From assembly GCA_037445735.1 (NCBI GenBank), contig JBBIJY010000019.1:1-58728 (forward strand): 58,728 bases of DNA, read 5' to 3'. The translations under genes were made by a program, and so were the position numbers. Shown here piece after piece: positions 19,795-29,838 of the stretch (its first letter is position 1; each line of letters starts with the position of its first letter). A model generated the notes under the pieces. It ran no database searches, had not been told where the DNA came from, and was given only the letters and a program-made list of their open reading frames with translations. The stretch comes from Armatimonadota bacterium (GTDB lineage: Bacteria; Armatimonadota; Fimbriimonadia; Fimbriimonadales; GBS-DC).

Positions 19795-19976
19795 TTGCCT
19801 GATTGATGGTTCGCCGCAGGCGAAACCGATTCCTGCTTTTTGGCTCTGAACCGCCAAAACTTACCGAAAGGTAAGCCACTTACTTTGCCTGATTGATGGT
19901 TCGCCGCAGGCGAAACCGATTCCTGCTTTTTGGCTCTGAACCGCCAAAACTTACCGAAAGGTAAGCCACTTACTTT
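19795..19976. repeat. Exact 90-bp tandem duplication in the divergent promoter region
   Basis: 19795-19884 is identical to 19885-19974 (+2 nt). Each unit contains the CTTACC-GAAA-GGTAAG inverted repeat and a SigH-like promoter on the minus strand. Confidence 0.95.
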
Positions 19977-20037
19977 TTGGAAACTTCTTGACATTCGTTG
20001 CTGTCGCATGGTAAACATCCAGATGGAGGTGAACGAC

Positions 20038-20529
20038 ATGCGAGCCTTTCTGCCTGGAGCAGGCTTACTGGCGTTGTTGAGCGTGGTGGCGATAGTGGGT
20101 CAGAGCAGGGTGCCAACCCCTCAACGCCTGCCAGCGAACTGGCGCAGCTGGACGCACATCACCACAGGTGTCATCTACAGCGACAAGCATCCGCTGTTTG
20201 GCGCGTTTGGTGGCGTGCATCATATCTACGCGAACCCGATTGCCGCGGAAGCCTACCGCAAAAACGCGAAGCAGTTCCCCAACGGTAGTCAGATTGTCTT
20301 CGTGCTGTACGAGGCGAAGGATCTGAACGGCATGTATGTCGCGGGGAAAAAGAAGGTCACCGCGCTGATGGTCAAAGACAGTCGCCGCTATGCGAGGTCG
20401 GGTGGCTGGGGCTGGCAGGCGTGGGATGCGTCGGGCAAACCCATCGTAACAGACCCTGTGGGGCAATGTCAGGGCTGCCACAACCAGGTGAAAAACCGCG
20501 ATCGGGTGTTCAGTCGCTGGAATCCGTAG
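20038..20529 (+). CDS. Cytochrome P460 / cytochrome c'-beta family protein
   Basis: Signal peptide; 'HHIYANP', 'FPNGSQIV', 'LMVKDS', 'GGWGW'; C-terminal CQGCH heme motif. GGAGG RBS; TTGACA at 19988. Confidence 0.8.
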   Translation: MRAFLPGAGLLALLSVVAIVGQSRVPTPQRLPANWRSWTHITTGVIYSDKHPLFGAFGGVHHIYANPIAAEAYRKNAKQFPNGSQIVFVLYEAKDLNGMYVAGKKKVTALMVKDSRRYARSGGWGWQAWDASGKPIVTDPVGQCQGCHNQVKNRDRVFSRWNP

Positions 20530-20534
20530 GGTGA

Positions 20535-20561
20535 TGGGGGCGGGCGTCGAACCCGCCCCCA
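20535..20561. terminator. Hairpin between convergent cytochrome gene and rpoC
   Basis: TGGGGGCGGG-N7-CCCGCCCCCA. Confidence 0.65.
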
Positions 20562-20567
20562 GTTGAT

Positions 20568-23500
20568 TCAGCTTTCGGTGCCGTTCTGCTTACGGCGACT
20601 GCGCTTCGGCTTCGTTTCGGGTTCAGCAGGCGACGGAATGGTATCCACCTGGTCTGGCTGATCGGGCTGTTCCGTCATGGGAGCCAGCTCCGACAGGTCT
20701 GCCAGGCTGGCTGTGTCGGGTGGGGCAGGGGTGGCAGTTTCGGTTGCCGACGGCTCACCCATCAGCCGTTCGAGGTCGCGCAGGGTGGGCTGTTTTGGCT
20801 CGGCGGCGGGTGGTGCCTCCGTCTCCATCACGGCGGCGCGGGTGGGTCGGGTGAACTCCGCCCGAATCTCAGGCTGGGAGTAGCCTGTGCCCGCAGGGAT
20901 GAGCCGCCCGATAATCACATTCTCTTTCAGCCCGACCAGCTCGTCCAGCTTGCCACGCACGGCAGCATCGGTGAGCGCCTTCACGGTGCGCTGGAACGAG
21001 GCAGCTGACAGGAACGATTCGGTCTGCTGCGCCGCCTCCGAAGTGCCCAGCAGCACCCATTCGGCGGTGGCGGGGCGACCGCCCGCACGCATCACCCGCG
21101 CGTTCTCGTCCTCGAAAACGAAGCGGTCCACAATCTGCGCGGGCAGGAAGTGGGTGTCGCCGGGGTCCAGGATGCGCCGCTTGCGCAGCATCTGGCGCAG
21201 GATGACCTCGATGTGTTTGTCGTCGATATCGACGCCCTGCGCCTTATAGACGGCCTGAATCTCGCGCAGGAGGTACTCCTGCACGCCGCGCACGCCGCGC
21301 AGGCGCAACAGGTCGTGCGGGTTCAGCGGTCCTGGCGTCAGGCGGTCGCCGGGCAGCACGCGGTCGCCCACCTTGACCTCCAGCGTGCCCGAGACGCCCA
21401 CCAGCACGGCGTCCAGCACCTCCACCTGTTCGATGCCATGCTCCATCAGGCGGCTGATGTGGGCGGAGCGGATTTCCTCCATCTCGCGCAGGAGGGTTTC
21501 ACCAGTGGTGGGGCTGGTAACGGCATGCAGGCTGACCTTGCCGATGAGCTGTTCACCGACGGGCAGGTTCGCCCGCAGCACGACCCAGCGCCCGACACTG
21601 CGCTCGATGGCGACCACTTCACCTTCGTAGTCGACGGTGATGGCTTCGCCTTTGGGTTTGCGGGCTTCGAAGAGTTCTTCCACGCGGTTGATGCCCGTGT
21701 TCTGGCTCTCCATCAGTTTGGCGAGCTTGCGCACCCATTCGCGCACCTTGCGCTGGACCTTTTCTTCGGTTTCGGTTTCGGCGGTTTCGGCGGGTTCGAC
21801 CGATTCGGGCTGGATGGGTTTGCCGAGCAGGCGCTGGGCGACACGGTACAGCACGCGGCGCTGGTCGGAGCGCAGGTCGCTGATGCGTTCGGTGACGCCG
21901 CGCTCTTCGAGTTCGCCGAGGGCAGCAGCCGCCTGCAGGGTGGCACCGCCGACGCGGAAGCCCGCAATCTGCTCACCTGCGCCCGCGACACCGCCCGTAT
22001 GGAACACGCGCATGGTGAGCTGGGTGCCCGGCTCGCCAATCGACTGGGCAGCGATGATACCAACGGCGGTGCCCAGCTCAACAGGGCGCAGGGTTCCCAT
22101 ATCGAGACCGTAGCAGGCAGCGCAGAGTCCATGTCGGGACGCGCAGGTCAGCGGCGAGCGGATGGGTACGCCCACCCAGTCGTGTTCGACCCATTCAAAG
22201 CCCGCGCGATGCCAGAGCTGGCGCAGCTCCTCCCGACGGGTGCGCAACCGTGTCAGCAGCGACTCATCAATCGGCTCAAACGGCTCCAGCAACGGCTCCC
22301 CTGTCTGGGGATCGGTCAGCGGCTGAGCGTCATCGGGCGTGAAGAGTTCGCCTGGCTCCGTTTCGGAGAGGTCGCGCAGAGTCTGGGTGAAGCGCTCCAG
22401 CCGAGCCGCGAGCTGGTCGATGGTGTGGGCGAGGTCGTCCGAGATAATCTGGTTCTCCTCGATCAGCGTCTCGCCCGTGTAGGGGTTGCGCAGCGTGCGT
22501 CGGGCAGTGCGACCGCGGATGCGCTGGTAGAGCGGTTCGATCTCCTCGCCCTCCCGAATGATGCGCGCCACCACAATGCCTTCGGTGGTCTGGCAGTCGG
22601 GGATTCGCACAATCACATCCTGGGCGACATCGACCATGCGGCGGGTGAGATAGCCCGCGTTGGCGGTCAGCAGCGCCGTGCTGGCAAGCCCGCGCCGCGC
22701 GCCGTAGCCTGAGACGAAATATTCGAGGGTGGTGAGTCCTTCGCGGAAGTTATGGCGCACGGGCAGCTCCTCAATCAGGCGTTCGGAGGCGGTGCGAATG
22801 TCGAGCAGTCCGCTCATCAGTCCGCGCATGCCAACCAGCTGCGCCAGCTGCTTGGTGGAGCCGCGGGCGCCTGAATCGGTGATGATGAACAGCGGGTTAT
22901 CGCGCGGGATGGAGCGCAGCATCGCCTGAGTCACCTGCTCATACGCCCGCTGCCAAAGGTCGATCAGTCGCTGGCGCTTTTCGGCGAGCGTGAGTTCGCC
23001 CATCTCGTACAGTTCGTCGATGCGACGTGCCTCCTCCTCCGCACGGCGCACGATCTCGTCGCGCTCTTCAGGGATAGCCATATCGGTCAGTGCGAAGGTG
23101 ATGCCCGCGCGCGTCGCCCAGTAGAAGCCCGCCTGCTTGAGCTGATCCAGGAAGGTGACCGTTTCGGCGTGCCCGCAGACGCGATACACCTCACGGATCA
23201 GCTCCGAGAGCGCCTTCCTGGTGTACACGCGGTTCAGACAGGCTTGCAGCGCCTCATCGGGCGACTCCAGCAGGTGGCGTTTGAACGAGGCGGGCAGCAG
23301 CTCAAAGAACAGCAGTCGCCCATAGGTGGTCAGCACCAGGCGCGGTGGAATCGAGTCGGAGCCGTTGGGTGAAGTCGGGATCAGGTTCTCCGCGCTGAGG
23401 CGCACGCGAATGGGTTCATGCATGCGAATCTCGCCGCCCTCGAACGCCAGATGCGCCTCCTCCACACTGCCAAAGACGAAGCGCGGCTCCGACTGACCGT

Positions 23501-25307
23501 AAGGGTCATCCATCGTGAGGTAGTAGGCACCCAGCACGATGTCCTGCAAAGGCGAGACAATCGGCGAGCCATCCGCGGGCTTGAAGAGGTTATGAATGGC
23601 GAGCATCAGCAGTCGCGCCTCTGCCTGGGCAGGATACGAGAGGGGCACATGCACCGCCATCTGGTCGCCGTCGAAGTCGGCATTATAGGCATGGCACACC
23701 AGCGGGTGGAGCTGAATTGCCTTCCCTTCGGTGAGAACGGGTTCGAACGCCTGAATGCCCAGTCGGTGCAGGGTCGGGGCGCGATTGAGCAGCACCGGAT
23801 GCTCCCGAATCACCGTCTCCAGCGCCTGCCAGACTTCGGGCGTCTGGCGATCGACGGCTTGCTTGGCGCTTTTGATGTTGTTTGCCAGCCCCATAAGGAT
23901 GAGACGGTGCATCACGAAGGGCTTGAACAGCTCCAGCGCCATCTCTTTGGGCAGACCACACTGGTGCAGGCGCAGGTGAGGACCGACCACAATCACGGAG
24001 CGACCCGAATAATCGACGCGCTTGCCCAGCAGGTTCTTGCGGAATCGCCCCTCCTTGCCGCGCAGCAGATCCGAGAGCGATTTGAGGGGTCGTCCGTTGG
24101 AACCCGCGACAGGTTTGGTGCGGCGGGAGTTGTCGATAAGGGCGTCGACAGCTTCCTGAAGCAGCCGCTTCTCCGAGTTAAGAATGGTTTTCGGTGCGCG
24201 AATCTCGATAATCTTGCGCAAACGGTTATTGCGATTGACGATGCGGCGATACAGATCGTTGAGGTCGCTGGTGGCAAAGCGCCCTCCATCGAGCTGAACC
24301 ATCGGGCGCAGCTCAGGTGGCAGCACCGGCACGGCGTCCAGAATCATCCATTCGGGTCGGGCACGGCTCTGGCGGAAGGCTTCGACAATCTCGAGCCGCT
24401 TGACAATGCGGGCGCGGCGAGCGCCCTGCGTGCGATGAACCTCTTCGCGCAGCTGGCGTGTGAGCGCTTCGAGGTCGAGCTGGCGCAGAAGCTCGCGGAT
24501 GGCTTCAGCGCCCTGACCGGCACGCACCAGCCCGCGCAGGTCACGCCCAAGTTTGCGGGAGCAATGGATAAGGAGGTGTTCGATGGCGCTCCAGGTGGTC
24601 TCGTCAAGCAACTGATATTGCTGGAGCGAGGCAAGGTGGCTGGTGGCGCGCTCGAGATCGTTGAGCCAGTTCTGGTGCTCGCGGAGCTCCATTTCCTTGC
24701 GATGGTTGTAGTAGCGGATGCGCTCCTCACGCTGGGCATCGGTCCACTCGTGCTGGTGTTCCTGAAGTTCGCGCTGGAGACGGTTGTCGAGTTCCTGATA
24801 AACACGGGCAAGCTCGTCTTCGAGGTGGGCTTTCTCGTCTTCAACGATACGGCGGATGTCGCCCAGGTTGCGTTCGATCTCGGCGCGATCGATTTCGGTG
24901 ATGATGTAGTTGGTGAAGTAGATGACTTTTTCGAGCTGTCGGGGTGAGATGTCGAGCAGGAGTCCGAGCGGGGAGGGCGGTTGACCTTTGAGATACCAGA
25001 TGTGGACGACGGGCGCGGCAAGTTCGATGTGTCCCATGCGCTCGCGTCGGACGCGGGCGCGCGTCACTTCGACGCCACAGCGCTCACAGCGGACGCCCTT
25101 ATTCTTGACCCGCTTGTAGCGTCCGCAACTGCATTCCCAGTCGCGAGTCGGACCAAAGATGCGCTCGCAGAAGAGTCCGTCCCGCTCCGGGCGGAAGGTG
25201 CGGTAGTTGATGGTTTCAGGCTTCTTGACTTCGCCATAGGACCAGTTACGGATATCCTCAGGCGATGCCAGCCCGATTCGGATTGCTTTGATCTGTTCGA
25301 TATCCAT
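20568..25307 (-). CDS. rpoC: DNA-directed RNA polymerase beta' subunit
   Basis: '[12 protein letters not shown]' catalytic motif, N-terminal Zn finger, '[13 protein letters not shown]', '[13 protein letters not shown]', '[17 protein letters not shown]'. Confidence 0.98.
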   Translation of the reverse strand: MDIEQIKAIRIGLASPEDIRNWSYGEVKKPETINYRTFRPERDGLFCERIFGPTRDWECSCGRYKRVKNKGVRCERCGVEVTRARVRRERMGHIELAAPVVHIWYLKGQPPSPLGLLLDISPRQLEKVIYFTNYIITEIDRAEIERNLGDIRRIVEDEKAHLEDELARVYQELDNRLQRELQEHQHEWTDAQREERIRYYNHRKEMELREHQNWLNDLERATSHLASLQQYQLLDETTWSAIEHLLIHCSRKLGRDLRGLVRAGQGAEAIRELLRQLDLEALTRQLREEVHRTQGARRARIVKRLEIVEAFRQSRARPEWMILDAVPVLPPELRPMVQLDGGRFATSDLNDLYRRIVNRNNRLRKIIEIRAPKTILNSEKRLLQEAVDALIDNSRRTKPVAGSNGRPLKSLSDLLRGKEGRFRKNLLGKRVDYSGRSVIVVGPHLRLHQCGLPKEMALELFKPFVMHRLILMGLANNIKSAKQAVDRQTPEVWQALETVIREHPVLLNRAPTLHRLGIQAFEPVLTEGKAIQLHPLVCHAYNADFDGDQMAVHVPLSYPAQAEARLLMLAIHNLFKPADGSPIVSPLQDIVLGAYYLTMDDPYGQSEPRFVFGSVEEAHLAFEGGEIRMHEPIRVRLSAENLIPTSPNGSDSIPPRLVLTTYGRLLFFELLPASFKRHLLESPDEALQACLNRVYTRKALSELIREVYRVCGHAETVTFLDQLKQAGFYWATRAGITFALTDMAIPEERDEIVRRAEEEARRIDELYEMGELTLAEKRQRLIDLWQRAYEQVTQAMLRSIPRDNPLFIITDSGARGSTKQLAQLVGMRGLMSGLLDIRTASERLIEELPVRHNFREGLTTLEYFVSGYGARRGLASTALLTANAGYLTRRMVDVAQDVIVRIPDCQTTEGIVVARIIREGEEIEPLYQRIRGRTARRTLRNPYTGETLIEENQIISDDLAHTIDQLAARLERFTQTLRDLSETEPGELFTPDDAQPLTDPQTGEPLLEPFEPIDESLLTRLRTRREELRQLWHRAGFEWVEHDWVGVPIRSPLTCASRHGLCAACYGLDMGTLRPVELGTAVGIIAAQSIGEPGTQLTMRVFHTGGVAGAGEQIAGFRVGGATLQAAAALGELEERGVTERISDLRSDQRRVLYRVAQRLLGKPIQPESVEPAETAETETEEKVQRKVREWVRKLAKLMESQNTGINRVEELFEARKPKGEAITVDYEGEVVAIERSVGRWVVLRANLPVGEQLIGKVSLHAVTSPTTGETLLREMEEIRSAHISRLMEHGIEQVEVLDAVLVGVSGTLEVKVGDRVLPGDRLTPGPLNPHDLLRLRGVRGVQEYLLREIQAVYKAQGVDIDDKHIEVILRQMLRKRRILDPGDTHFLPAQIVDRFVFEDENARVMRAGGRPATAEWVLLGTSEAAQQTESFLSAASFQRTVKALTDAAVRGKLDELVGLKENVIIGRLIPAGTGYSQPEIRAEFTRPTRAAVMETEAPPAAEPKQPTLRDLERLMGEPSATETATPAPPDTASLADLSELAPMTEQPDQPDQVDTIPSPAEPETKPKRSRRKQNGTES

Positions 25308-25383
25308 CTGTTCGATTCACCTCCATACGGTGCAGGCTGTGCAGAAGCCGGGCGTTAGCGGCCCATAGCCTGATCCGATGCAT

Positions 25384-28300
25384 CTATTCATCGCTGGGGT
25401 GGAGCATGGTGAGGGTGGGTCGGGTCTCTTCTTCGGTGCTGAGTGTTTCGAGTTCTTCGAGGCTGCGGAAGTCGTGGGCTTGACCTCGGGGGTCGACAAT
25501 CTGGACGCGGAGCGCAAGGGCGCGCAGTTCGTTAACAAGGATTTTGAACGATTCGGGCACGGAGGGCTGGATGACGGGTGCGCCCTTGACAATCGCCTCG
25601 TAGGCGCGGATACGCCCCATCACATCATCGGATTTGATGGTGAGCATTTCCTGGAGGGTGTGCGCGGCGCCGTAGGCTTCGAGCGCCCAGACCTCCATCT
25701 CGCCGAGCCGCTGCCCGCCAAACTGCGCTTTGCCGCCCAGCGGCTGCTGCGTCACCAGCGAGTAGGGTCCGATGGAGCGGGCATGGATTTTCTCTTCGGC
25801 GAGATGCTCAAGCTTGAGCAGGTAGAGGTAGCCGACGGCGACGGGGTTCTGGAAGGTTTCGCCAGTCTTGCCATCGCGCAGCAGCGCCTTGCCAGTGGTG
25901 GGGTCGAAGCCCGTGCGGTGGATGGCGCGTTCGCGAATGGTTTGAAGCACGGTCTGGATGAATTCGGAAGAGGCAGATTCTGCCGATGGGGCTGCCCCGG
26001 CTCCGCGTGTCTGACGGGTCGCGCGGGGTTTTGCGGTGGTGGGTGCGGCAGGTGCCGGGATGCCCAGTCGCCGGGCGATGGCGGCGAGCCGCTGGGCGTC
26101 AAGGGTTGGCAGAACCTCACCGAGCTGCACGATGGCTTCCTCGAAGGTGGCGCCAGGAGGCAGATTCAGGGTAAGCCCAAGTTCATCTGTGAGCAGAGCC
26201 AGAAGCGTTCGCAGGCGCAGGCGGTCAGCGACAATCGCGAGTTCCGCCTGAATCTCTTCGACGGTGGCGCCCTGAAAGACAGGGATCTGATAGCGAATAC
26301 CGAGCTGGTGCGCCGCGAAGCCGAGGTGAAGCTCCATGATTTGCCCCACATTCATGCGCGACGGCACGCCGAGCGGGTTGAGAACCACATCGACGGGCGT
26401 GCCATCCATCAGGAAGGGCATATCTTCGACAGGCTGGATTCGGGAGATGACACCTTTATTGCCGTGCCGTCCCGCCATTTTATCCCCTTCCGTGAGCAGG
26501 CGTTTGGTGGCGACGGTGACGCGCACGCGATGATTGACGCCAGGCGGCAGTTCGTCCTCCTGCAGGGTTTCGAGGACGCCGCGGCAGCGAGGGCAGCTGC
26601 GCGTTTCAAGCGGTTTGGCGCGATAGAAGAGGGCATTACAGCGCTGGCAGCGGTAGCGGTAGCGGGCGAACTGGAGCACCTGCACGACCACGCCCCGCTC
26701 ACCATGCGGCAAGCGAAGCGAGACATCGCGCATCTCTTCCGCCTGCGAGCCAAAAATGATGCGCACCAGTCGCTGTTCGGTGGTGCCTTCTGTGGTGGGT
26801 TTGGGCGCGACTTTGCCAACAAGAATGTCTTCCGCGCGCACTTCGGCACCGATGCGAATGATGCCGTTCTCATCCAGCTGGCGGCGGGCTTCCTCACTGA
26901 CATTGGGAATATCGCTGGTGATTTCTTCCGTGCCCAGCTTGGTGTCCACCGCGTCGGTCTGGTGGGTTTCGAGGTGGACGCTGGTGTAGGTTTCGCGGTG
27001 GAGCAGCGCCTGCGAGACCAGCACAGCGTCTTCGTAGTTATAGCCGTTCCAGGGCATGAAGGCGACCAGCACATTGCGTCCGAGCGCGAGTTCGCCGTGT
27101 TGAGTGGCGGCGCCGTTGGCTAAGATGTCTCCCTCCCGCACACGCTGTCCCAGCTTGACAGCGGGGCGATAGCTGAAGGCGGTGCCTTTGTTGCTTTCCT
27201 GAAGGTGGATGAGGGGGTAGATGTCGAGGTCGCCCTCGCTGGTTTCCACGCGGATCTCTTCGGCGGACACATAGCGGATGCGTCCGGGTCGTCGGGCGCG
27301 AATCACGCTGGGCGCACTTAACGCCACCGCGCGCTCCACACCTGTATGCACATAGGCGGTCTCTGGTTCGACGAGGGGCACTGCCTGACGCTGCATATTC
27401 GCCCCCATCAGGGCGCGCCCCGCGTCGTCATGCTCCAGAAACGGGATCATGCTGGCGGAGACCGAAAATACCTGTGAGGGGCTGACATCCATATATTGCA
27501 CGCGCTCGCGGGGGATGGTGGGATACTCGTCGCCGTAGCGCACCTGCACGAGTTCGTTCGCGAGGGTGCCATCCGGTAGCACGGGCGTATCGGCAGGGGC
27601 GATAGAGGCGGTCATCTCTTCATCGGCGGCAAGATAGACCACCTCGTCGGTGACGCGCCCGTCGCGCACGATTCGGTAGGGCGAGCGAATGAAGCCGTAC
27701 TCGTCCACGCGGGCATACAGCGTGAGCTGATTGACCAGCCCGATGTTCTGCCCTTCGGGCGTTTCAACGGGGCAGAGCCGTCCGTAATGGCTGGGGAAGA
27801 TGTTGCGCACCTGGGGCGGCACGCTCTGACGGCTGAGACCGCCCGGACCCAGCACCGAAAGCCGCCGCTTGTTGGCGACCTCCGAGAGCGGGTTGGTCTG
27901 ATCCATGAAGGTGCTGAGCGGGTTCTGAGCGAAGAAACTTTTGAGGGCAGCCGAGACCGGTTTCACACTCAGCACCATGTTGGGCAGCAGCTGATGCACA
28001 TCGTCGGCGGCGGTCATCTTCTCGCGGGCAATCTTCTCCATGCGCAAAAAGGCGGTTCGCAAATGCGCCTGCAACTGCTCGCCGACGGAGCGCACCCGCT
28101 TGTTGGCGAGGTGATCCGTGTCATCGTAGGGGTGCTTCTCATCTGCCAGTTCAATCAGGTACTGCAGCGTGAGAATCAGGTCGGGCACAGTAAGATGACG
28201 CACATTGAGAGGGGTTTCATGTCCGAGCTTGCGGTTGATCTGGTAGCGTCCGACGGCGCCGAGGTCGTAGCGGCGGCGGTCGAGCAGGAGATTATAGAAC

Positions 28301-29439
28301 ACGGCGCGCACATTCTCTTCGGTGGCGGGGTCACCGGGGCGCACACGCCGATAGAAGTCGAGCAGGGCTTCGCGCGAGTCGGTGGTGGGGTCGGCGTCGA
28401 GGGTCGCCTGCACAAGGCGTGGCAGTCGGATCAGTTGCAGAGGCGGCACGCCGCTTTGCACCACAGCAAGAGCGCGCTCAGTGTCGATACGCGCGCCTCT
28501 GGGCACTATCACGCGCCCGCGCCGATCGCGAATATCTTCCGCCGCGTAGCGGTCGCGCACCTGCTCTATCGAAGGTTCCGCGACCTCTTCCAGTGTGCCG
28601 AACAGCAGCAGGAACGACTCGTTGGTGAGACTAAGGCGTCCTTCAGCGTCGGGCAGATAGGGCGGTTCCACCTGCACCTTCTGCTGGAGGGTATCGGCGG
28701 AAAGGTTCGCAAGCATAGCAGGCTGAATAATCGTGCCCGCTTCCAGCACCGTTTTGCGCCCTTCCCGCACGGGTTCAAGCAGTCGCCAGCCGACGGCGCG
28801 TTGCAGTGGCAATCGGGTTGGCACCTGCGCCTCCGGGAAGGCAGCTAACGCTTTGATAATCTGGGTGAAGGGCAGCTGTTTCGACTGATGCACGCGCACG
28901 CGCACCACATCGTGCGGGTCGCTACCCCCATCGATCCAGGGACCCTCGGCGGGGATAATCTGCACCAGATAGACCTCCTGCAGAGCGCGCGCCATCATCT
29001 CGCGCCCTGTGCTGGACAGGTAGGGCGACGGGAAGTGAACACCAGGCGTGCGGTTGAGCTGGTTAATAACCACGCGCTCGCGCCCGTTGACAATGAAAGT
29101 CGCATTATCGGTCATCAGGGGCAGGTCGCCCAGATAGATTTCGCTTTCCTGAATCTCGCCATCCTTTTTGCCGTAGCGCACCTTGACGCGCAGGGGCGCC
29201 TCGAAAGTGATTTCGCGGTCGCGGCACTCCTCCAGAGCATATTTCGGCTCACCCAGGCAGTAATCTCCAAACTCGATGAAATAGGTCTCTGTCAAATCGT
29301 AGATAGGCGAAAAGATCTCGAACAGCTCCTTCAAGCCCTGTTCGAGAAACCATCGGTAAGAGTTGAATTGCACTTCCAGCAAAGCTGGTGGTTCAAGAAC
29401 GGTGCTGATTCGCTTCCTGGATGGGTGTATGACCCGCAT
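25384..29439 (-). CDS. rpoB: DNA-directed RNA polymerase beta subunit
   Basis: 'GDKMAGRHGNKGV', 'RALMGANMQRQA', 'QPLGGKAQFGGQRLGEME', 'LQEMLTIKSDD'; GGAGG RBS. Confidence 0.98.
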   Translation of the reverse strand: MRVIHPSRKRISTVLEPPALLEVQFNSYRWFLEQGLKELFEIFSPIYDLTETYFIEFGDYCLGEPKYALEECRDREITFEAPLRVKVRYGKKDGEIQESEIYLGDLPLMTDNATFIVNGRERVVINQLNRTPGVHFPSPYLSSTGREMMARALQEVYLVQIIPAEGPWIDGGSDPHDVVRVRVHQSKQLPFTQIIKALAAFPEAQVPTRLPLQRAVGWRLLEPVREGRKTVLEAGTIIQPAMLANLSADTLQQKVQVEPPYLPDAEGRLSLTNESFLLLFGTLEEVAEPSIEQVRDRYAAEDIRDRRGRVIVPRGARIDTERALAVVQSGVPPLQLIRLPRLVQATLDADPTTDSREALLDFYRRVRPGDPATEENVRAVFYNLLLDRRRYDLGAVGRYQINRKLGHETPLNVRHLTVPDLILTLQYLIELADEKHPYDDTDHLANKRVRSVGEQLQAHLRTAFLRMEKIAREKMTAADDVHQLLPNMVLSVKPVSAALKSFFAQNPLSTFMDQTNPLSEVANKRRLSVLGPGGLSRQSVPPQVRNIFPSHYGRLCPVETPEGQNIGLVNQLTLYARVDEYGFIRSPYRIVRDGRVTDEVVYLAADEEMTASIAPADTPVLPDGTLANELVQVRYGDEYPTIPRERVQYMDVSPSQVFSVSASMIPFLEHDDAGRALMGANMQRQAVPLVEPETAYVHTGVERAVALSAPSVIRARRPGRIRYVSAEEIRVETSEGDLDIYPLIHLQESNKGTAFSYRPAVKLGQRVREGDILANGAATQHGELALGRNVLVAFMPWNGYNYEDAVLVSQALLHRETYTSVHLETHQTDAVDTKLGTEEITSDIPNVSEEARRQLDENGIIRIGAEVRAEDILVGKVAPKPTTEGTTEQRLVRIIFGSQAEEMRDVSLRLPHGERGVVVQVLQFARYRYRCQRCNALFYRAKPLETRSCPRCRGVLETLQEDELPPGVNHRVRVTVATKRLLTEGDKMAGRHGNKGVISRIQPVEDMPFLMDGTPVDVVLNPLGVPSRMNVGQIMELHLGFAAHQLGIRYQIPVFQGATVEEIQAELAIVADRLRLRTLLALLTDELGLTLNLPPGATFEEAIVQLGEVLPTLDAQRLAAIARRLGIPAPAAPTTAKPRATRQTRGAGAAPSAESASSEFIQTVLQTIRERAIHRTGFDPTTGKALLRDGKTGETFQNPVAVGYLYLLKLEHLAEEKIHARSIGPYSLVTQQPLGGKAQFGGQRLGEMEVWALEAYGAAHTLQEMLTIKSDDVMGRIRAYEAIVKGAPVIQPSVPESFKILVNELRALALRVQIVDPRGQAHDFRSLEELETLSTEEETRPTLTMLHPSDE

Positions 29440-29478
29440 ATAGAAACCTCCTCTATTCGAGTGTGCGCACGAATGGTT

Positions 29479-29509
29479 ATTATACCATGCACTTACCCCC
29501 CTTTGTCAA
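29479..29509 (-). promoter_or_regulatory. sigma70 promoter of rpoBC
   Basis: TTGACA(29509-29504)-N19-TATAAT(29484-29479) with an extended -10 TGn. Confidence 0.7.
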
Positions 29510-29699
29510 GGGGTTGGGAGGGTGTTCGAAAATTCGCGGGCATCCTATCCGCCTGTGTGAAGCCCCCTCACCCGTACCCTCTCCCCCGATGCGGGGGAGA
29601 GGGGTTTAGCTGCTCCCTCTCCCCTCTGGGGAGAGGGTCGGGGTGAGGGGAATCCTCTCCTCTGGTTGGATTTTTCGAACAGCCTCCCAACCCCTTGAC
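29505..29699. repeat. 28-bp inverted repeats (27/28 identical) flanking a palindromic repeat element
   Basis: GTCAAGGGGTTGGGAGGGTGTTCGAAAA (29505-29532) pairs with TTTTCGAACAGCCTCCCAACCCCTTGAC (29672-29699). The inner element 29563-29650 is near reverse-complement of 48035-48123. Confidence 0.85.
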
Positions 29700-29724
29700 T
29701 TTTTTGACATGCGTTGGGTATTAT
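29695..29724 (+). promoter_or_regulatory. sigma70 promoter of SLH/beta-barrel gene
   Basis: TTGACT(29695-29700)-N18-TATTAT(29719-29724). Confidence 0.6.
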
Positions 29725-29838
29725 AGGGGGCGAAGGATCAGTTCGTGCGCGAGGGAGTGCGCAAACAGGGAACCTTCGGACAGGCTGCTTGCGCCCCCTC
29801 CCACACTGGATCCTTCCAAAAAAACTCATGGAGGAGGG

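Noticed and set aside
21150-28848. Long plus-strand ORFs (520, 509, 581 and 353 aa) antisense to rpoBC
   Set aside because: These are shadow ORFs expected from high-GC codon bias, with no recognisable motifs or RBS. The same applies to 359..1594, 15705..16691, 39379..41127, 46579..47910 and 53554..54936.
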